The notes under the pieces were generated by a model. That model had not been told where the DNA came from and made no database searches. It saw only the letters and a list, made by a program, of their open reading frames with translations. Positions 51,219-62,592 of a stretch of 64,000 nt of DNA are shown here, in pieces; the first letter of the stretch is position 1; the number at the start of each line of letters is the position of its first letter. Source of the stretch: Phyllobates terribilis (lineage: Eukaryota). The stretch lies in contig NW_027362763.1 in the NCBI RefSeq assembly GCF_046119375.1, positions 183,272,001-183,336,000 on the forward strand. Direction: 5' to 3'. The position numbers and the translations under genes are program-made.

Positions 51219-52020
51219 TATATGAGTAATTTGTATCCATGACTCAGATCGAAAACCGACGTGTCTCCATGATTTTTTTTTTACTAAATCACGGTCAGCA
51301 AGAAAAACCCACGGAAATGTGAACAGCTCCATAGACTACTATGGGTACGTGTTCTATCCATGAAAAACAGACATTCGTATGAGGCCTAATAGGGTTAAAT
51401 ACGAGAGTGTAAGATAATGTCATATCTGATTGTGACCTAATTAGATCCTGGAGGATGAATACATGCATTGGAGATCTATGGCAGAAATCTACAGATCATT
51501 CCTTCTTTTTATGACCCAGCGATGGAAACAGCATGCAATCTCCCACTATGTACCTAATACTTCTCCCTTTCCCAGTGTAGCGTTCACACCGCTGATATCA
51601 TTGCAGATGGAAATCAATGTAGCTATAACCAAGCAGAGGTGCAGAAGAAGGGTTAACCGCCCCCACTATGACATCTGCTGAATACTGACTGCGTTTCTGC
51701 CCATAATTGGTAATTAAAAACCTCCATTAAAAGTTCATTGCACTCTTCTTAAACTGGTAAAAAAAAGCTTTATTCTTGGATGTCTGCCTTGTGAAATTAT
51801 GACAGCAGTTAATGGGAATCTTAATTAAAAAAAATTGTACTCTTTTGCTACTCCCATTTTTTTCCTTACTGTGCCAAATGTTTATTGTGTTTGACTGTGG
51901 GGCTTCATCTGCTTGCGTGAGGATTTCATAAGGTCAAAGCGGGCCACCCTCCTTTCTCTTTGCACATCGGAGGGCTACTTGCGGTATATTCGAGCCATAT
52001 CTTTCATACATGTATTGTAT

Positions 52021-53271
52021 TGTGGCGCCAGTGAGGGTTCAGTCGCCACAGAGGTAATGCACCTCACCCAGAGGTGTGGTGTCTCCTTCTCTCAGGTAAG
52101 GAGGGAGTGCTGCCCGGAACCCCAACACCTGCATCCAACACTACACTGCTCCAGGCCGGCTGGAAGGGCAACGTACATGTGCGCAGTGCTGAGCCCTGTC
52201 CCTGGCTGGAGTGGGGGGAACCCAGAGGTAGGGGGAACCAGTAGTGGGTGTGGGTGGAGGAAGCAGTTTAGGGGAGCACCATAGTAGTAGGTATTTAAAG
52301 GGAAGCCATCTTAGGGTGGCAGAACAGTTCGTTCACTGAGTGAGGACAGTCAGTCAGAGAGCAGAGTCTCGTCAGGAGCTCTGCTCCACAAGTGGGGCCT
52401 AGTAATAGAGGCCCAGGAGGGGAGCAGAGGAGAAAGTCTCCGTTCTATTGAAGGGACCCCAGGGGGTACGGCGAGTGCAGGACGGCAGCCGTATGCCCCG
52501 AATCTGTCAGAAGACAGAGGGATCAGGCCGCAAGAAGGGGACCGGCCCCTGGACCAGCCGTGTTACTCCAGGTCTCGGCTGGAAAAACCGGAGGCTTCTG
52601 GCTTTTTTAGTTCAGTTGCCAAAGCCTCATTCTAGTCACCGTGAGGGTCAAGCAGGTCCGGGAACTCCAGTTTGACAGGAGGGACTTCAGAGCACCCGAG
52701 CGGGACTGTGAGTGGGGAAGCGCAGGGCAGGAGGGAGAAGACCCAGCGTGAAGACGGTCTAGAGAGGAACATAAGAAAGCGGGGTTCCGTCAGGTGCTCC
52801 TAACCTACCTGAGGAAGAACTGAACCCCTGGTCTGGTGAACGCAGCGCGACGTGGGAGGCTGACACCCGCGCAGTGTATCAGTGGAACGTACATGAGAAC
52901 TGTGAGTAAAGACTCGGATGACTGCACCGCACTGCCTCCGTCCATTATTTCAGCTGCGCCATCTTTCCCCCTGCACTACAACGCCCAGCACAACCAACAA
53001 TATCTACACTGCCCTGGAGCTAGCTCTTCCTGTGGAGAGCCACACCATCCCTGCTGCAGTAACATCAGCTTCAGAGGACTGCTCCGCAGCGGCGGCTCCC
53101 CTAGCCGCATTCCACAGGTGGCGTCACAAACTTTATAAATTCCCTATACATAGAAAACCGCCCTTTTTATTGACCGCCCTGGGTCACGGACCGGGCCAGC
53201 CATCGTGATATCCCCCACCAGCATCCATAGGCCCGGCTTCCGAGTACCCCCACGGCCCAGGGGGCGCGTCA
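52021..53271. mobile_element. Solo LTR related to 12216 and 36800, opposite orientation
   Basis: TGTGGCGCC...GGGGCGCGTCA with 4-bp TSD GTAT; contains CCACAGGTGGCGTCACAAAC, the reverse complement of the shared block. Confidence 0.85.
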
Positions 53272-54414
53272 GTATTATCACAGACTTCCAGTTTACCTGC
53301 TCTGAGACTCAGTAAACTCATTAATCCAAACCTGGAGATGCGGGCTCTTGCACAGCAGATACCTACTAGCTCACATATGAGGCAGCTTCAGGTACATTAA
53401 TCCTCCATATTCTTGTGTAAATCAGGTTTCAGCTTTGTGGTAATGATGAGCAGTTCTTCTAATATCTTAGATATCCTCCAATCCATGATTTTTATGTCTG
53501 CTGTTTCCCCATATCCTGCATGGTACAATGTTATTAAATATGATTTTAAAGGATTTTTCCCACTAAATACATTTATGACCCATATCCACACATGATAAAT
53601 TTATGATTGCTGGGGGATTAATTGCTTACCACCACCTCCACCAATCATAAAAACATGGGTCTAAAAGTCCCCTTTTGAATAGAGTGGTAGAGTATAGGCT
53701 CAACCATTGCATTCACTTCTATGGGATTGACAGTACAGCTAGTCTATCTTCAGCAGTCCCATTGAAGTGAACAGAGGTGTAGGCGAGCATGGAAACTGCA
53801 GTCCCAGCGATCATATACTTATACACCAACCCTGAGGATTGGTGATTAACAGAGTCGAGCACAAAGATTTGCAGGACCCTGGTCTGGTAGCCATGTTAGT
53901 AGTCCGTGGCTGACAGAAGAGAGACCTGAGAAGCTCCTCTTACCTGCCGGCATCTTCGACGCCTCTTCATCACTGCAACACATGTCTGATATCGAAGTCT
54001 CTCTCACGAATCAGAAAAAGTGCCGTGAATGCCATCAGCTAGGAAGAGGTTTGCAGCGCTCTGGTCTGGCGGCCATGCTCAACTATTTAGTGACAAAACC
54101 CCTTAAATTAAAGCCGGACTTAACTTAAACTGGTTGAATTTAAGCAGTGTATAGCGCCATTCACTGTGTAGTGGCCGTTCATGGGTACTGCAACTCATCC
54201 CTATTGAATTATATAGGAGCTGAACTGCAGTTCTCAGACACTTTACTTTGTACAGAGCTCTGGACACTAACTAGACTCAGCCACAAGAGCTGAAAACAGC
54301 TGATCGGTTAGGACCCCCAAGGATATGATATTTATGACCTATCCTAAGGATGTCATCGTTCCTAAGGTGTCAGAATAGATCTGGAATATCAAAAGCCCAG
54401 ACAACCCATTTTAA

Positions 54415-54739
54415 AGGGAATCTATCACCAGGTCTTGGTTTTTGGCATGATGTAGGGACTGAGAGCCTGATTCCAGTGATGTCTTACTTACTGGGCTGTT
54501 TGTTATTGTTTAAAAAAAAAATCTGTATTTTATCAGCAGGAGATTATCACTAAAGGACTAGGAGTCTTGTGCCACTTGTCTGTGTAACGCCGCCCCCACC
54601 AGAAAATCTGCAGCAGAGAAAACTTGCATCAAAATGAAAGCAAGCAGCCCAGCAAGTGACACATGGCTGGAATCAGGGTCTCCGCCTCTACATCATGCTG
54701 CTCTCAGATCACATGGTATAATCTGCTGACAGATTCCCT
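54415..54739. mobile_element. T2-type MITE, abutting another T2 end at the same TTAA
   Basis: TTAA|AGGGAATCTATCA...TGACAGATTCCCT; the upstream CAGACAACCCAT|TTAA is the end of a second MITE. Confidence 0.8.
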
Positions 54740-55690
54740 TTGAAGACTATTGAAGAAAAAAATTACACAATCGATTCCCAAGAAAAATTATTCATTTAAC
54801 CCTTTATATCCTTTACGCAATCCAAAACACATTTCAAAGCTTGGCTTTGATTTCTCTATCTGAGCTTTGATATATATGAAAGCCTTTACAATAACACTAC
54901 AGAATCTTCCCCTACAGCAAGGCAACGAGTATAAATTGTTAATATAGACAGCGCATAATCAAACTTTATTGCTTATTCCCACACGACAAGCCGAGGATGC
55001 ATTATTCAATTACGGCTGTTTGTACAGTTCTTAGTATCTTGTCCTATTTTATTCCATCCTTCAAAGCATCCGGATTGCACTGATTTTTATTACAAAAAAA
55101 TATTTCCATTTGGAGGAAATAAGAGTTTGAGTTCTGAAAATATTATTCAACACTAAGCCGTTTACAGCATCGCCTTATCATGACTCGGGATTGAAGATCT
55201 TTGTTTCATACAAAGGCTTTATTGGAATCTGGGGGGTTACAAATGTACAGTAGATATAGTGGAGCTGAATTTGGATACTTTAATGGATGATCTCTTTTAA
55301 ACATGGTTTTTAGAGTAATTTTTTACTCAAGTGGTCTTAATATTTGCAGCCCACCCTTTCAGTCCTGAAGAAGGTGGCCAGTCTTCTGTCATTTCTGAGT
55401 ATGTTTCTTTTTAATGCACCATTTTGTAGGAAGTGATAGAGAACTAGCAGGGAATGTGTTATGTGTCTGAAGTTTCACAGTTTGCGATCTGTGATTACTC
55501 TCCGAATCTGATACATCCATCAAACTCAACTGTGCTACATTGGAATTATGGGCAAAATGCCATACCGGGTGAACAGACTCAGCCATAACTGGGCACTTGC
55601 TATTACACTTAGTTCATCAAGGGGTATGGTTTTTAAAGAGAGTGTTGCTTACCCATGATGAGGGAGGATAAAAATGAGCCCACCATGCTG

Positions 55691-55728
55691 CCCCGACGTG
55701 CGTTTCGTGTATAATCTTTCTCAAGGTG
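55691..55728 (-). ncRNA. Minimal hammerhead with U3-A8 core, stem II decayed
   Basis: CACC-TTGAGAA-A-G(ATTATACA)C-GAAAC(GCAC)GTC-GGGG. Confidence 0.55.
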
Positions 55729-56323
55729 AAGTATGTCAAAGTCATTGGAGTCAGCACATACTTATCAACATGTCCATTCATACTTTAAAATGTTTAAGCC
55801 CCGACTAAGGCGAGAAAATCCTATTTCGGTGAGGTCTATGCAAAAATTACCCTGTTTATGCCCACTACTTTCCCAAATTTGTTGGGAGAGTTAAAAAAAA
55901 ATTGTAATAGTTCCAGAAAATTTGTAGAATACAAAAAAAAGATCCGGAACTCCAGATGTGCAATGAAGAACGTCTAGCTTTATTGGAACCGTAATCCAGA
56001 TTATTATGCCGTTTTGACTACAAAAAGGAACCAACGGACTAACCATAAACTACCATAAGGTTAAAACATAGTTTGTTGAAAAAATGTGTATTAAAAAGTA
56101 ATTACCAATAGGTCTACCAAGGAGGAAAGGAAGTGGGGAGCATCAAGAATCTAATATACAATACAACACTCAACAAAAGATCACCTTTTAAAACGGTATA
56201 TGCCAGACACTTAGCATTATAGAAGCCAAGTGGCCATGAACAATAGGTGAAAAGGAGTATGGTTATTAAAGAGAGTGTTGCTTACCCATGATGAGGGAGG
56301 ATAAAAATGAGCCCACAACGCTG

Positions 56324-56361
56324 CCCTGATGCGCGTTTCGCATATAAGCTTTCTCAAGGGG
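56324..56361 (-). ncRNA. Minimal hammerhead with U3-A8 core, stem III mismatch
   Basis: CCCC-TTGAGAA-A-GC(TTATAT)GC-GAAAC(GCGC)ATC-AGGG. Confidence 0.55.
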
Positions 56362-56609
56362 AAGTATGTCAAAGTCCTTGGAGTCGGTACATACTTATCA
56401 ACATGTCCATTGGTACTTATGTTTAAGCCCCGAGTAAGATAAGAAAAGCCTATTTTGGCGAGGTTTATGCAAACGTTACCCTCTTTATGCCCAGTACTTT
56501 CCAAAATTTGTTGGGGAAGTATCCAAAAATTTGAAACAGTCCCAGAAATTTTGTAGAATACAAAAAGAAATCAGGCACTCCAGATGTGCAATGAAGAAAG
56601 TATAACTTT

Positions 56610-56856
56610 GGTGGCTCAGTGGTTAGCACTATAGCTTTGCAGTGCTGGGGTCCTGGGTTCAAATCCCACCAAGGACAAGATCTGGAAGGAGTTTGTATGT
56701 TCTCCCCGTGTTTGTGTGGGTTTCCTCCAAGTTCTCTGGTTTCCTCCCAAACTCCAAAGATGTACAGATAGGGAATGTAGATTGTGAGCCCCAATGGGGA
56801 AAGTACCGATAATGTCTGTAAAGTGCTGTGGAATTAATGAGTAAATAAATAAATAA
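56610..56856 (+). mobile_element. tRNA-derived V-SINE
   Basis: A box TGGCTCAGTGG, B box GGTTCAAATCC (56656-66), V-domain GAGTTTGTATGTTCTCCCCGTG...GGTTTCCTCCCA, (AAAT)n tail. Confidence 0.88.
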
Positions 56857-57075
56857 TTGGAACCTCAATCCAGATTATTATGATGCTTTGGTCTAATAAC
56901 AAGAGCTTCCTCAGATGGATTGCTAATCAGATATTCGAGTAGACAGTGGGATGGAGTATAGCGCAAAATAGAGGAGGGTTATCAGCACAAACGATGAGAT
57001 CACACCACTTGGGCTAATACCAGTCCTCTGTTTTGTGCCACATTCAGTCCCACTGGCTACTCGATTATCTGATTA

Positions 57076-57134
57076 GCAATCCATCTGAGGATGGTCTTAT
57101 TGTTAGACCGAAACGTCATAATAATGTGGATTGC
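57076..57134 (+). ncRNA. Minimal hammerhead (Penelope-type, palindromic ACGT stem III)
   Basis: GCAATCCA-T-CTGAGGA-T-GGTCT(TATTGTT)AGACC-GAAACGTC-ATAATAATG-TGGATTGC. Intact core; stem I is interrupted by an internal loop. Confidence 0.7.
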
Positions 57135-57527
57135 AGTTTCAATAAAGCTATACTGTACTTTCATCATTGCAAGTCTGGAGTGCTGGATCTCTTTTTGCAT
57201 TCTGTTTATGGATTGGTATCCTATCTGAGCACTCGAAACTACAGAGTGACGTATAGCTTTTTTCTCCAGAAAATCCGAAAATGTGTTATTGCTGCTAAAA
57301 ATGTCAAAACCTCCATGATAACTTGATGCACCCTAATTGTAAGTCAACTTGAAAAACAGATCAGGCATAGCTGTCTATTATAAGTGAAAGCCTTGGTGCT
57401 AATGCAAGCAGAACTATATATGTAACAAAAAATAGTAAAGTCGTATGTCGGCTCACCAACTGTTGAAAAATGCCCTGAATCGAGGTGCGGTGCACGGAGG
57501 CTCCAGACCAACTTCTGGGTGTAAATA

Positions 57528-57834
57528 CAGCAGCAAAATGGAAAAATCCAGCATCCGAAGGAAATGAGGTAAGTATATTAAAACATTATATTATTAGCAA
57601 CATAGTTAAGAAAAGGGAAAAATTAAAAGAAACATAATAAAAAGGAAATGGGTCTACATGTTTCGAGCATAACCGCAGTATGCTCGAAATGCGTAGACCC
57701 GTCTCCTTTTATTCTTTATTTGTTTTTATTTTTAATATTTCCCTTTTCCTAATATATATCCTTTTGCTAATAAAATAATTTTTAATATACTTACTTCATT
57801 TCCTCCGGATGCTGAATTTTTCCATTTTGCTGCT
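57528..57834. repeat. Fold-back of a Penelope-like 3' end
   Basis: About 145-bp imperfect arms with loop 57672-57678. Both arms start at CGAAA(T/C)(G/A)(C/T)GTAGACCC, the 3' half of a hammerhead. Confidence 0.7.
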
Positions 57835-58308
57835 AGAACTATATACAGTATGTACTGATAGAGGACACCCTACATATACGTTGCGAAGAATACCAAACAT
57901 ACCCATCTTAGAAATATTAACTCCCTTTTTGGATGCAGATAAAAAAAAACTATTTCTGTTCCCAGTTTTACCTCCTCGCACTCCTCACCTCATAATGAGT
58001 GCCTCCATGCTATGCTCCCCAAATGAACATGACGTGTCAATACAGATCATTGAGAACCCAGTGATGCTGAGATGAGTCTCCAACGGTGATGTCAAAGTAG
58101 ACTAGTAAACTCAAGAAGCCGTTAATGGACTTCCCGCTGCACAATTCAGCACTGATCCCCATACACTATCAATACATAAGCTACGAGCTGTTCACAGTGC
58201 TCCTGAATGGTATTCCGGGACATACAAACATGTTCACATCTCTAGATAGAGAATAGCACTCTTGGTGACCCAGAAAATTCTAAAATTTCTTATATCACAT
58301 ATTTGTAC

Positions 58309-58619
58309 TAGTGATGAGCGAGTATGTTCTGTTAACCCTTTCGTCGAGCATGCTCGGGTGCTCGCCGAGTATCTTCAGAGTGCTCGGGCATTATGTTTTA
58401 GTCACTCCGTGCGCATGATTTGCGACTGTTTGACAGCTTTAATACATGTGAGGAATGCCTAAGAAACAATCATTCCTCACATGTATTAAAGCTGTCAAAC
58501 AATCGCACATCATGCACATGGTGTGACTCAAACATAACACCCCAGCACGCTGAAGATACTCGGAAAACACCCTTGCATGCTCGTAAATCTCGAGTAACAA
58601 GCATGCTCGCTCATCACTA
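58309..58619. mobile_element. hAT-type MITE
   Basis: TAGTGATGAGCGAG...CTCGCTCATCACTA with a perfect TSD ATTTGTAC. Confidence 0.9.
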
Positions 58620-59614
58620 ATTTGTACCCATTTGTGGTCAATGGCACATAAATAATGCAAAGGGAGGACAAAGCAGGAGCAGAATGCGCCCCTCCATGAC
58701 CAATGATGCTACTGCTGCACAGGTTCTCACCATCCAGTAGCAGAGGAGACGGGACAACGATGCTCTTCTTTACATGCGCCACACAACAGTCTCATCACCT
58801 GACTCTGATACGTTCTGCAGTTATACAGATTTTTTTTGCATAATAGCAAAATATGCATTTAATAAATCTGGAAATGTTGGGAGCTCCAATGGCAAAATGT
58901 TAATGGTCATCCATCTTTTTCTCAAATAACTATGGATGCTTGCCAAAAGAGGACAAACACTTGCTGAACTTAATTTTCTTTACTTTTTTTTTCACCCATT
59001 GGGGCCTATTCATCAACGCTTTTATGCCAGAAAACTGGTGTAAAATGCTCTGAAATGTTTCAACATTTTTTTGAAAATTAATTTGAAGCAGCTCCGCCAC
59101 AATGGATGGATGCACCAAGGTCAACCACATTTGTGCCCCAGCACTCTACGCCAATGGAGACCAGTACCGTAAATAAAAGTCATGTTTATGGGACCCTGTT
59201 ACAGATTATGGGACCTTGTTACAGATTTTGTACCTGGACGCAGCAGCTTAAGAGGGTTGTCTCATCGTTTTAAATGGATAAAGGTGCAGAGCACTTATAA
59301 AAATTAGCAACTTTGCAATTTATCTCTCATTAAAAATCCTCTGCAATTTCAAGAATGAAGGATTTTCTAATTTTTTAGTTTACTGGTCATTTCCTAGGTT
59401 ACGGTCCACCGCCTGCAGTCTATCAGAGGTGGCTGGTCTTCAAGAAAAGGAACATACAATTAAAAGCACTTTGCTATAGTGGTTTCAATTGCTGCTCTGA
59501 AGCTGGGTGTGTCACTGGATTCGGTCTGCTCCCGTGCCCCTGACCTCTTTCTGTGCTAGGAGCATTGAAGAGAGCAGAGTTTGGGCCTGCGACACTCTGA
59601 TGGCACTGCTCCTA

Positions 59615-60028
59615 ACGGAATCTGTCAGCAGGTTTTTGCTACATCATTTGATGGCAGCATAATGTAGGTAAAGAGACCCTGAATCCAATGATGTATCACT
59701 TAGTTTACTGGGTGCAGCAGTTGTGACACAATCAGAGCTCTTAGATGTAGCATGAAGACGAGCTGAGAAAGCTTCCCCTGCTCATACCATGCTCTGTATG
59801 TACACTGTCTATAGACAGTGAGCTGCTTATCACTGAGGGGGGCGGAGTTGGACGACTTGGCACGAGGCAGCTAGTCAGGGCAATGATAATGTCCTGGTGG
59901 TAAAACCTTCATTGTAAGTAAACAATAGCACACAGTCTAATAAGTGACACATCGCTGAATTCAGTGTTTTAACCCCTACCTCATGCTGTCCTCAGATCAC
60001 ATAGCAAAAACCTGCTGACTGATTCCTT
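59615..60028. mobile_element. Uninterrupted T2-type MITE (reference for 1070-4073)
   Basis: GGAATCTGTCAGCAGG...CCTGCTGACTGATTCC ends. Confidence 0.8.
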
Positions 60029-61350
60029 TCAACTGTTACTCATCTTACGGACCACCCCCTGACAAGCAGAAAGCCAGGAGGCAGAAAAGTGATGCACTCG
60101 TAAGGATTGAAAGTGAGACACCTTTAATGCTACGCCTACGTACAGACTCCCATGTGCATGACGCCTAAATAACAAGTGGCGCTTTAGTAGATTGCCCATC
60201 AGGTCAGAATATGCACACTTGATGGGACTTTTTATTGAATTAACTACATTTTGCAGATTTTATAAAGCATTTCTTCCACCGCATAGATGATTTCATACTA
60301 AGCGAATTACAACACTTTGCACTATGTGTTCGGCTGCTAAAACAAGGTAGATGTGAACCTTTACACATCCCACAGAGCAGCAAATAGATTTTCCTCCTAT
60401 CTTTAATAACATTACCCTATTATCTTCTCTACCTCATCAATTCTGCGAGCCGTTCGGCTGATATGGCAAAGTAAGGGAAAGAAAGAGATCTTTATTTAAT
60501 GAATATAATAAAGGCACATTGCAGTTAGTGGACATAATAATATTAGGAGCTTAATTCAAATTACATATTAACCTCTGCAAGGTTTAATACTTTTAATTGC
60601 AATGATTCATGCTAAATTGTTGGCATGGATCCAGGCGTGGGCAAAAGAGCTATTCGATTTCTCAATTGTTAAATTAAAATTGTAAAATCGGCTAAGTCAG
60701 GGGTGGACATATCATCGGTGCAACCTGGCCCAAGAGGTAAGGGGGCCACTACTACCTCCAAAACGTGTGGAATTGTGCATTATGATCCTCTATGGGACCG
60801 CAGAGGGTTCTTCTACTGTTCTTGCACGGGGGCCCTTTTCTGTCTCTGTTCTCCAATGAGCCTGGAACATTCTAGAAAATAATAGAGGAGATGACGTCTT
60901 TGTAGGTTTCAATGTCCAACCCATGAATACTGATTATAAAGGAATGACTGTGATTTTGTGCCTATGACGCTATAACTTCAGCTATGTACAAATGCAGCGT
61001 ACAGTGTATGAATCTGCTTACACGTCACGCGGCTGCATTTTACAGCTGCAGCAGATAAAAATTCTCAGTCCTTAAGTCTTAACATGGAGGGGCACACGGT
61101 CAGTCTCCATGGGTTCCAAATTCTTACTGTTCCCAAAATTTCAAAGAAAAAAAAGAAAGTGGTACTGAAAAGTGGAGTCGCTATCACCAAAGTTCCAAGC
61201 AAGTACATTTTCCCAATATTTTTGGCTGGGTGCCTGGATTTCCAAGCACGCACCACTTTGATTTTTTTAACATGACGCCAAGACAGTTGATTCCTTTGGT
61301 AGACCAGAGAGCCGAAGCCTCCCAGTCCCACCACTCCATGTCCTGTAGAC

Positions 61351-61536
61351 CAGGGTTCCCCAACTTCAGTCCTCAAGGTCCACCAATAGGTCATGTTTTC
61401 AGGATTTCCATAGCATTGCACAGGTGATGGAGTTATTGCCTGTGCATGTGATGGAGTTATCACCTGTGCAATACTAAGGGAATCCTGAAAACATGACCAG
61501 TTGGAGGGTCTTGAGGACTGGAGTTGGGGAACCCTG
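61351..61536. mobile_element. hAT/Charlie-type MITE
   Basis: CAGGGTTCCCCAACT...AGTTGGGGAACCCTG with TSD ctgtagac/ctgtggac. Confidence 0.88.
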
Positions 61537-61844
61537 CTGTGGACCACAGGCTACTATACGCCTAGAGCCTACAAGATGTCAGCGTTGCGGTGCAATGATG
61601 TCACTGCATTGTGCTGTCTGTGCCAGGGGAGAAGAGGACTTGTTCACTCCAATTAAGGGGATATAAATGTATTCTTAGTGGAGAGATGGCACAAAGGAGG
61701 CGTTATTATTTCTATTTATAGGGGCTATAAGGGGGGCATTAATACTTTTTAAAGGAAGCACTTGGAGCATTGTATGTTTTAAGGGGGCACTTTGGAGGCA
61801 TTATTACTGGGATGGCGGAAGTATTACTTGCCATGCCCTGGGTA

Positions 61845-62592
61845 CTGTCAACCCACGCTACGCCACTGCTGAGCCCTTCTGTATGTATTGAGCTAAGCTA
61901 CAAATACCCAGACATGGTAGACAGCTAGGATACAGCACGCTGCCCATCGCCATGGTAGACCTAATTCCCAAATCGGATTCCAACTGGCAATAATGAATAA
62001 AGTAACAATACTCATCTCAATCATTCCCTGCCACTCTAGTACCAGCATATCCCAGATCCAGGCTGGTCTTTGCTTCCTGATCCTTCTTGGCGCACAGGAA
62101 ATGTTTCCGAGGCAGTCACTGGTTTTGTGGACATTTTTGGGAAGTAGAGACCATCACCCTTGGGACCTCGGGATGGACGTCGGGGCATTTGGGTGCACTA
62201 AGCCTGCGGAGCTGCAGGGAAAGATGGACTCAGACTCTCAGAGGCGGAAGTTAATGGAATCCGGGTGCACTGCCTTAAGTGGAGAAGAATTCCTAGTGCT
62301 AGAGGAGCTAGCGAGAGGGATACTCTACCCAGACTGAGTGTTAGGGCTGAAGTTATGTTCGGTAGACTGTAACCTTTTGTGCCCTATCCTATATGCTTCA
62401 TTGTAATGACTGTAACCTGATCAGTAAAAGTCTGACTGTTATAAAGTATTCTGTGTCCTCTGGATTGTGTGCTGCAGTTCCGGAAGATGGAAGCCTGGAG
62501 CCAGTGGAGGCCTATGGACCAAAAGTAAGTGTGATGCCACCCGCACGTATCAGCACACCAGGAATGGGATACGATTTTCCTATAGGGTGTCA
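61845..62592. mobile_element. Possible old solo LTR
   Basis: TGTCAACCC...GGGTGTCA ends and LTR-like composition; no TSD found. Confidence 0.3.

Larger units (their letters stand above)
55620..57230. mobile_element. Penelope-like pLTR / retrozyme remnant cluster (tandem minus-strand units plus an inverted plus-strand unit)
   Basis: 55634 onward repeats at 56267 onward (period ~633). Shared AATAAA..CATTGCA..TCTGGAGT..GATC/GATT..TTTTG tail. 57040-57140 is inverted relative to 56860-56945. Several hammerhead motifs. Confidence 0.7.

Noticed and set aside
55360-55395. CTGAAGA hammerhead-like start
   Set aside because: No stem II followed by GAAA, and no stem III.
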